DNA from: Clostridia bacterium
GTDB taxonomy: Bacteria > Bacillota > Clostridia > TANB77 > CAG-508
Direction of reading: 5' to 3'
Assembly (NCBI GenBank): GCA_017409455.1
Contig: JAFQSS010000028.1
Coordinates: 11,007 to 75,006, forward strand
Length of the DNA: 64,000 nt
Part shown: piece after piece, positions 58,239-64,000 of the stretch
How positions within the stretch are numbered: the stretch's first letter is position 1
How the letters are laid out: each line of letters starts with the position of its first letter
The notes under the pieces: generated by a model
The model's database searches: none
What the model was told of the DNA's origin: nothing
The model's input: the letters and a program-made list of their open reading frames with translations, nothing else
Made by a program: the position numbers and the translations under genes

Positions 58239-59153
58239 TTATAGTTCTAATATTAATTGTGGGTCTACACACCTCTCTTGATATCTTATTTCAAAATGTA
58301 GATGTGGTCCTGTTGTGTTTCCAGTAGAACCCACCTCTGCTATTTCTTGTCCCTGCTTTATAGTGTCTCCTTCATTTACATAGATTTTGTTACAATGTGC
58401 ATATAAAATAATCACATCATTTATTTGTATTTTTATGTGTTTTCCGAAATCTCCTTTAGAAGATTTATATATCACTTTTCCATCTGTGGCTGAAACTATT
58501 TTCGTTCCTTTTTTGGCTGCAATATCTGTTCCTGTATGATTTTTAGGTACAGATGCTGTTGTTGGATTTCTTAACCCAAACATTGAACTAATTGTTCCTT
58601 GAACTGGTTTTATAAGACTTATTGTACTTTTTATATAATTAACATCTTCCTCCATTTGAGATAACTCTGTAGGTTGTTGATTTGTCTCTGATGTAGTTCC
58701 TGTTGTTTCTATGTTTTCCACATTTTGTTCTTGTGTTGGTGATAATTCTTCAGCTCCACCAATGTTTTCGTCATTATTTTGAATTTCTTCTTTTGATTTT
58801 TCCTCTACAACTTCATTTTCTGTCGTTTCTGGTACTTCTTGTTTTATTGTATTTAATTTTTCTAAAATCATATTATATGTTTCTGGCAAATTTATGTCTT
58901 GAGACAAAATTTCTCTAGCTTTTTGAGTAAAATCTTCGGAAAATATGTAATTATTATTTATAACAATATAACAAATACTATATACTAATAAGCATATTAT
59001 TATTTGTTTTATCATTTTTTTGAATAATTTTATATTCTTTCTTGAAGTCGGCTTTTTTAGAACTTCTCTATCTGGCATTTCTTGATTTTTTCTTCTATAA
59101 TATATTTCTTCTGCTCTTTTTATTTTATCTTCAACAGACATAACTTTCTCCAT
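58239..59153 (-). CDS. M23/LytM peptidase-domain membrane protein (SpoIVFA-like position)
   Basis: 304 aa; TM at about residue 50; LytM domain with HTGTDIAA and GPHLHFEI. Confidence 0.6.
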   Translation of the reverse strand: MEKVMSVEDKIKRAEEIYYRRKNQEMPDREVLKKPTSRKNIKLFKKMIKQIIICLLVYSICYIVINNNYIFSEDFTQKAREILSQDINLPETYNMILEKLNTIKQEVPETTENEVVEEKSKEEIQNNDENIGGAEELSPTQEQNVENIETTGTTSETNQQPTELSQMEEDVNYIKSTISLIKPVQGTISSMFGLRNPTTASVPKNHTGTDIAAKKGTKIVSATDGKVIYKSSKGDFGKHIKIQINDVIILYAHCNKIYVNEGDTIKQGQEIAEVGSTGNTTGPHLHFEIRYQERCVDPQLILEL

Positions 59154-59237
59154 AGTTTATCATCCTTTCTAAAACGAAAAACACTCTATATAATGCATAT
59201 TACTAATGTCTATGCATTTATAAAGTGTTTTATGTTA

Positions 59238-59573
59238 TTATATGAAATTTATTATTAAACTGATAGCTAAAACAATTGTTGAAACTAAACTATATTTTTT
59301 TAATTTTTTATATTTACACATTATATCTCTACTATTTTCTGACTTCTTATTTTCAATTTTTTTGATATAATCTGTAACAAGCATTTCCGCTTCTTTTAAA
59401 ATATAATCTCTTGACTTAGACTGAACTTCAGATGAATTTAGTTTTTTACCTTTATCTATTAATTCTTTCTGTTTTACTTTTTGGGCTTCTTTAAAAATTA
59501 TTATTGCCTCTTCTACCATGTTAGATGGGAGATTTTTTAATACTACCATGTTTTTCATGTCGCTTGATTCCAT
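59238..59573 (-). CDS. hypothetical protein with C-terminal TM anchor
   Basis: 111 aa, Lys-rich helical, tail-anchored (LVSTIVLAISLIINFI). Confidence 0.4.
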   Translation of the reverse strand: MESSDMKNMVVLKNLPSNMVEEAIIIFKEAQKVKQKELIDKGKKLNSSEVQSKSRDYILKEAEMLVTDYIKKIENKKSENSRDIMCKYKKLKKYSLVSTIVLAISLIINFI

Positions 59574-59638
59574 TATATCACTCCTTTGAAAATCTTATAT
59601 TCTAATTTTTTCCAATCCAAAGGAATTTATTCAATAAT

Positions 59639-59767
59639 TTAAATGTTTATTGTTATTTCAGCTGCTATTATATTATATTCAAATACATATTTGGCAAAAC
59701 AACGAGAATTAATACTTATCATAGCCATCATTAATAATATTGATATAATTATCTTTTTAAATTTCAT
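59639..59767 (-). CDS. 42-aa mini-ORF resembling only the signal peptide and first strand of the upstream TasA-like proteins
   Basis: ATG overlaps the stop of 59764..60306 (ATGA); MKFKKIIISILLMMAMISINSRCFAKYVFEYNIIAAEITINI shares the hydrophobic-AKY motif. Confidence 0.3.
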   Translation of the reverse strand: MKFKKIIISILLMMAMISINSRCFAKYVFEYNIIAAEITINI

Positions 59768-60306
59768 TTTCCTATCCTTTCTGCATCTTCAATAATAGCT
59801 TTTATTTCAAAGAGGTAACTTTGAGCATTTTCTCCCTCTATAGTATCTTGAATGTCTTGGATATCATTAACATAGTATTCCCATTCCCAATTTATAGTTA
59901 TTTCATCAGTATTCACAAATTTTTCATTTATTATATTCTCCATTTCTTTAATAGAGTTGTACTTTTTATTTTCTAAAATAAATACTAAATTTTGTGGTTT
60001 TGATGTTTTTTCTTTTATTTTAATACTATAATTTGTATTCGACGGTCTTTTAAATTTAATTACAAAACATCCTTTACATCCTGGAGCTATTTTTTTATAC
60101 ATTTTATTATTAATTGTGGTAAATATATCAATTTTGACTGTTTTTTGCGAACTAATTTCATATTCATTTTTTGCACCTATGTCATTCCAAAGTCCTAAAA
60201 TCATGATATCTTCAAAAATAATTTTATTTGATTTGTAAAAATTTAAGATTATAAATATTATAACTAAAATAATCAGAATTAAAATATATTTCATTATGTT
60301 TTTCAT
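59764..60306 (-). CDS. secreted beta-rich protein, TasA/camelysin-like paralogue C
   Basis: 180 aa; paralogue of 60846..61424 (KIAPG..G..VI, KP.NL.F, I.W.W.Y, Y.F.I.A). Confidence 0.55.
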   Translation of the reverse strand: MKNIMKYILILIILVIIFIILNFYKSNKIIFEDIMILGLWNDIGAKNEYEISSQKTVKIDIFTTINNKMYKKIAPGCKGCFVIKFKRPSNTNYSIKIKEKTSKPQNLVFILENKKYNSIKEMENIINEKFVNTDEITINWEWEYYVNDIQDIQDTIEGENAQSYLFEIKAIIEDAERIGK

Positions 60307-60827
60307 ATTTTCTCCTGCTCTGAATGTACTTTTACTTGTACTTCTTCAAGAATGTTTTTTCCTTTGTTCCCTTGTGTACTATCATATATAACTTTTAGCT
60401 TGTATTTTTGTTCAACCTTTTCATTTCCTATTATTGATAACTCATCTGTTTTTAAGTTTTCTAGAAGGATTTGTTGCTCTTCTTCATTATATAATTCAAA
60501 TTGTATTGATTTGTCTGTATTTGAAATAACTTCTATTGTATATAAAAAACCTATCTCACTTATACTAGATTCATTAAAATTTTTGATTGAAAATTCATAA
60601 TATCCTATATTATTTATTTCACTTATTTGGGTTGTTTCTTTACCTTCTACTATAAAAATCGGTTTTGCAACATTAAATGTCGAAGTCAACTTGTCTACAG
60701 TTATGTATTTGGCGTAAACTATATGCGTAGATAATAAAATTATTGCAATTGTTAATATAGTTATTTCAATAATTGTTTTTTTCTTATTTCTTATATTGTA
60801 ATTCCTCCTTTTTCTGTATTTTTTCAT
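60303..60827 (-). CDS. secreted protein with SipW-type-like signal (paralogue B)
   Basis: 174 aa; TM then IVYAKYITVDKL, similar to the TasA-type TYA.F.D signal motif; 4-nt overlap with the next gene. Confidence 0.5.
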   Translation of the reverse strand: MKKYRKRRNYNIRNKKKTIIEITILTIAIILLSTHIVYAKYITVDKLTSTFNVAKPIFIVEGKETTQISEINNIGYYEFSIKNFNESSISEIGFLYTIEVISNTDKSIQFELYNEEEQQILLENLKTDELSIIGNEKVEQKYKLKVIYDSTQGNKGKNILEEVQVKVHSEQEKI

Positions 60828-60845
60828 ATTTTTCTATATAATTTT

Positions 60846-61424
60846 CTATCTACTTTGTGTTCCTGTGGCAATTATATCAAATGTATATTGTGTAATATTG
60901 TTTACATCTAGAGTATCTATTGCATCATTTGTAGCTATTTCATCAGGTGTGTTTCCTGTCTCGTAATTCCATCTCCAAAATATTATGATGTCTTTTTTTG
61001 GTGTTTCTGCATCATACTTAATAGTTCCTATCAAATTGTTTATTTCTGAAAGTGATTTATATGATGTACCATTACAAGTAAAAGTTAAATTAGTTGGCTT
61101 ATTCTTTTCATTCGCGAACTTCACAGAATAGTCAATATCAACTTCTGAACCAGTACCATCAAGTGTTATAACTATTGTACCATCTGTACCAGGTGCAATT
61201 TTACCATTTATTAAATAATCTTTGTTTACTGGATCTACTAATTTAACCGTTTTGGTCTGTGCACCATTTTTATCTATTTGGAATGACCATTTTGCAACTT
61301 CTGCACTCCCTGTTCCTTTCTCTTCTGTTAGATATTTTGCATATGTAACTCCTATTGCTTGAACTAATACTATTAATAGTATTGCACAAGTTATTCCTAT
61401 TATTTTTCTTGTTTTATTTTTCAA
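60846..61424 (-). CDS. secreted protein with SipW-type-like signal (TasA/camelysin-like paralogue A)
   Basis: 192 aa; GVTYAKYLTEEKGTGSAEVAKWSF after the hydrophobic segment. Confidence 0.55.
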   Translation of the reverse strand: MKNKTRKIIGITCAILLIVLVQAIGVTYAKYLTEEKGTGSAEVAKWSFQIDKNGAQTKTVKLVDPVNKDYLINGKIAPGTDGTIVITLDGTGSEVDIDYSVKFANEKNKPTNLTFTCNGTSYKSLSEINNLIGTIKYDAETPKKDIIIFWRWNYETGNTPDEIATNDAIDTLDVNNITQYTFDIIATGTQSR

Positions 61425-61509
61425 ATTATGTTCCTCCTTATTTTTTTATTTTTTGTTTTTATAGAAAAATATGAATTTTATAATATCCTTTTTTAAGGCT
61501 ATTATCACT

Positions 61510-62778
61510 TTACATGCCTGTTACTGGCAATTTAGGGATTTCTATTATAGGCGGTTCTTCTATAACAGGAGTTGTCTCCTCTATTGGTTGCTCTACTGGC
61601 GGCTCTTCTGGTATTTGAATTTTATTATTTTTTATTTGTACTATTTTTTCTTCATTCATTTTAATATCTATTTGTATCACTTCAGAATCTATTTCATATC
61701 CTTCAGGAGATTGAATTTCTCTAATATAATAAATTCCAGGCATTATATGTTCTAAAATAATTTGTCCTCCTTCATCTGTTTCCTCTACTGCAAATATTTC
61801 TTTTTGTTCATCTAGGATTTCAAATTTTGCACCTTTTAATGTTTCTTGTGTTTCAGTATCTTGCTTTTCAATTATAATTTTTGTTTTATTTTCTTCATAA
61901 TCTTGTGTTATTTCTGTATCTATATCTTCAAAAGAAAATGCAGTTAATGCATAATCTTGTAAGTCTGCACTTGGAGCTTTACCGAAGAATATTGGTTTTG
62001 TTTCCATTTGGGTTTTGATTTTGATTTTGAATTGTCCTGATTTTTCTAAACTATTAATAGGTATTAGAATTTTAAATTTTTCATTTGAACTAAACTCGTT
62101 TTTTTCTTGATTTTCTAAATTAGTTGTTTTACATCCATATGGTTGATTCTCTAGGTTGACAATGAATTTTGAAATATTTATATTACTTTGAATTTCACAT
62201 TCTTTTGATATATAGTCATTTTCCTTTTGCCATTCCTCGCTATGTTTGACTAAAATATGATTATCAAAACTTTCTGTTGAGTTTCTTGCATTTTGTAAAA
62301 TTATATTTATTGCATTTATAACTCTATTTCCAGCTTCTCCTATTGCAGAATATCCTTCAGTTCCTCTGTTATATATATAACAATATACAGCCTGTTTTGT
62401 AGCAGTATATGCTTCGCCTTCATCTAATACTCCTAATTGTTCAATACTTTTATATGGATATCCATTTATAATTACTTTCCATAGATTAACATCTGTGATT
62501 TTGCCTTGATATGTTACATCATATGTTGCAATATGTTCGCCAACACCATGCAAATCTTTATTTAAACAATATGCAGGATATTCTATCCCATTATCTTGAT
62601 ATACTGCATGTGCTGTTTTTACAACAATTCCATTATATCTAATTATTCTCTTAAATTCTCCTTTTGTATATATATTAATTTGTCCTTGTTCTACTGCTTG
62701 TACTGTATTTATTAATAATATAAAATTTAAAATCATTATTAATAAAACTACAGTTATAATTTTTATTGCTTTTTTCAA
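61510..62778 (-). CDS. thioester-domain (TED) + SpaA/CnaB-like surface adhesin ending at LPVTGM (no membrane anchor)
   Basis: TTG start after AGGAGG, overlapping the sortase stop (TTGA); signal peptide; PAYCLN (thioester Cys) and TKQAVY (Gln) motifs; GAKFEILDE...GIYYIREIQSPEGYE CnaB-like module; Pro/Glu linker; stop immediately after LPVTGM. Confidence 0.7.
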   Translation of the reverse strand: MKKAIKIITVVLLIMILNFILLINTVQAVEQGQINIYTKGEFKRIIRYNGIVVKTAHAVYQDNGIEYPAYCLNKDLHGVGEHIATYDVTYQGKITDVNLWKVIINGYPYKSIEQLGVLDEGEAYTATKQAVYCYIYNRGTEGYSAIGEAGNRVINAINIILQNARNSTESFDNHILVKHSEEWQKENDYISKECEIQSNINISKFIVNLENQPYGCKTTNLENQEKNEFSSNEKFKILIPINSLEKSGQFKIKIKTQMETKPIFFGKAPSADLQDYALTAFSFEDIDTEITQDYEENKTKIIIEKQDTETQETLKGAKFEILDEQKEIFAVEETDEGGQIILEHIMPGIYYIREIQSPEGYEIDSEVIQIDIKMNEEKIVQIKNNKIQIPEEPPVEQPIEETTPVIEEPPIIEIPKLPVTGM

Positions 62779-63332
62779 TATATTTCCTCCTCTTTTTCTA
62801 CTGCTTGTATACATCTTCTGTATTCTGGCTGATTTTCTACACATGTTATTAATGTTAATATATTTTCTTCTGTTTGTTCTAAATATTCCCATTCTGTATC
62901 TTTGATAATTCGGCATTTGTCAACTTGATATATTTTTTCAAACTTATTGTGTTTATATATTATTTCATCTCCTTTTTTTAATAATTTTAAATCTTTAAAA
63001 TAATTTACTTCATAACCTCTATTATGTGCTGCTAGCCCCACATTTCCTTCTTCTTTGGCAGTTTTTTCAAAATGTCCAACATGTTTGTTTAAAACTTCTT
63101 TTGTTGTTCCTTCTGAAATATCAGCAATCAAAGAGATTTCAGGAATTTCTATTTGCCATATTTCACATTTTTCTGTAGTTTCTATTACTGGTATATCAGG
63201 TTGTCCAATTGTTTTCATTATTTCTTCATTTATTTCTGTTTCTATTGGATATTTATAAATAAATATTTGAATAAAACAAAATATGATTATCACAGATAAC
63301 ACAAATACACCAGTTTTAGTAAATTTAAACAT
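62775..63332 (-). CDS. sortase family transpeptidase
   Basis: 185 aa; N-terminal TM, GLAAHN (catalytic His region), TLITCV (TLxTC), conserved Arg near the C-terminus. Confidence 0.8.
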   Translation of the reverse strand: MFKFTKTGVFVLSVIIIFCFIQIFIYKYPIETEINEEIMKTIGQPDIPVIETTEKCEIWQIEIPEISLIADISEGTTKEVLNKHVGHFEKTAKEEGNVGLAAHNRGYEVNYFKDLKLLKKGDEIIYKHNKFEKIYQVDKCRIIKDTEWEYLEQTEENILTLITCVENQPEYRRCIQAVEKEEEIY

Positions 63333-63424
63333 ACATTTACTATCACCTCTTTTTTATTAAATTAATAATTTTGGATTTTTTCGAAAAAATTTTTTGATAT
63401 AAGTATTTTGAATTTTAATTCGAA

Positions 63425-63472
63425 AATATGTTAACATGGTTTACATGATTTGTCAAGAAAAATCGTTCGACA
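63425..63472 (-). promoter_or_regulatory. promoter of the sortase operon with the Spo0A-box/-35 module
   Basis: Minus strand TGTCGAACGATTTTTCTTGACA-17-TAACAT; 21/22 identical to 19712..19733. Confidence 0.4.
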
Positions 63473-63549
63473 TAATGTGACAAAGTACTTGAGAATTTAT
63501 CATTTTAGTGTTATTATTTAATTAGATTATTTAAAGGAGATAAATATAA

Positions 63550-64000
63550 ATGAACCAAAATAAAGAGAATTTTGATTTTTTTAATCAAACATATATAAAA
63601 TCTTATAATCTTGATAAAGCAATAAGATATCAACTAAATTTACTAGATTCACTAGATGTTTATACCAGAAAACATTGTGAAAATGTTGCAACTATTGTAT
63701 GTAATTTATGTAGAAAACTACATCTTTCTAGAGGTTTTACAGAATATTGTATTATTTGCGCTTTTTTACATGATATTGGAAAATTATTTGTCCCATCAGA
63801 AATTCTTCAAAAACCCTCTCAATTAACTGAAGAGGAATACGAAATCATGAAAAAGCATACAACATTAGGTTATGAATTATGTATGAAAGATCCAAAATTA
63901 AGACCATATTATGCAGGAGCATATTATCATCACGAATGCCTTGATGGTACAGGATATCCTCAAGGATTATTTAAAAATGACATTCCTTTTGAAGCACAAA
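63550..64000 (+). CDS. HD-GYP domain protein (partial, runs off window end)
   Basis: AAAGGAG RBS; LHDIGK and HHECLDGTGYPQG motifs; open to base 64000. Confidence 0.8.
   Translation, partial: MNQNKENFDFFNQTYIKSYNLDKAIRYQLNLLDSLDVYTRKHCENVATIVCNLCRKLHLSRGFTEYCIICAFLHDIGKLFVPSEILQKPSQLTEEEYEIMKKHTTLGYELCMKDPKLRPYYAGAYYHHECLDGTGYPQGLFKNDIPFEAQ

Overview
About 64 kb of chromosome from a very AT-rich (roughly 28-30% GC by eye, not computed), endospore-forming Firmicute, Clostridia-like. Most genes are on the minus strand. They include housekeeping genes (murB, clpC, hup, rplM-rpsI, queA/tgt, ileS behind a T-box, rplU-rpmA, a four-subunit 2-oxoacid:ferredoxin oxidoreductase, serS, engB, gltX, rnj, dtd, gpsA-plsY-der) and sporulation genes (spoVM, spoVB-like, bofA, spoIIAA-spoIIAB-sigF-spoIID-spoIIQ, an M23 + M50 SpoIVFA/FB-like pair). 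The standout is a complete diversity-generating retroelement (DGR) at about 49.8-53.4 kb. It has a reverse transcriptase, an overlapping Avd-like four-helix-bundle gene and a 116-nt Asn-codon-rich template repeat. Two paralogous target genes flank this cassette, and each ends in a 116-nt variable region that differs from the template almost only at template adenines. Both targets lack any secretion signal and are much more GC-rich than the RT/avd genes. Other unexplained signals: (1) a dense family of GGGAC-N-GTCC-core palindromic repeats at 11 loci, one read through as the SpoIIAA C-terminus and one bounding a dxs remnant; (2) three GC-rich orphan genes, each with its own promoter and terminator; (3) an apparent frameshift in bofA; (4) a sortase operon whose thioester-domain adhesin stops right after LPVTG, followed by TasA-like paralogues; (5) a 22-nt Spo0A-box/-35 promoter module shared by two unrelated operons; (6) a tRNA-Thr-adjacent accessory islet. 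All coordinates and alignments were made by hand from the sequence. No database searches were run.
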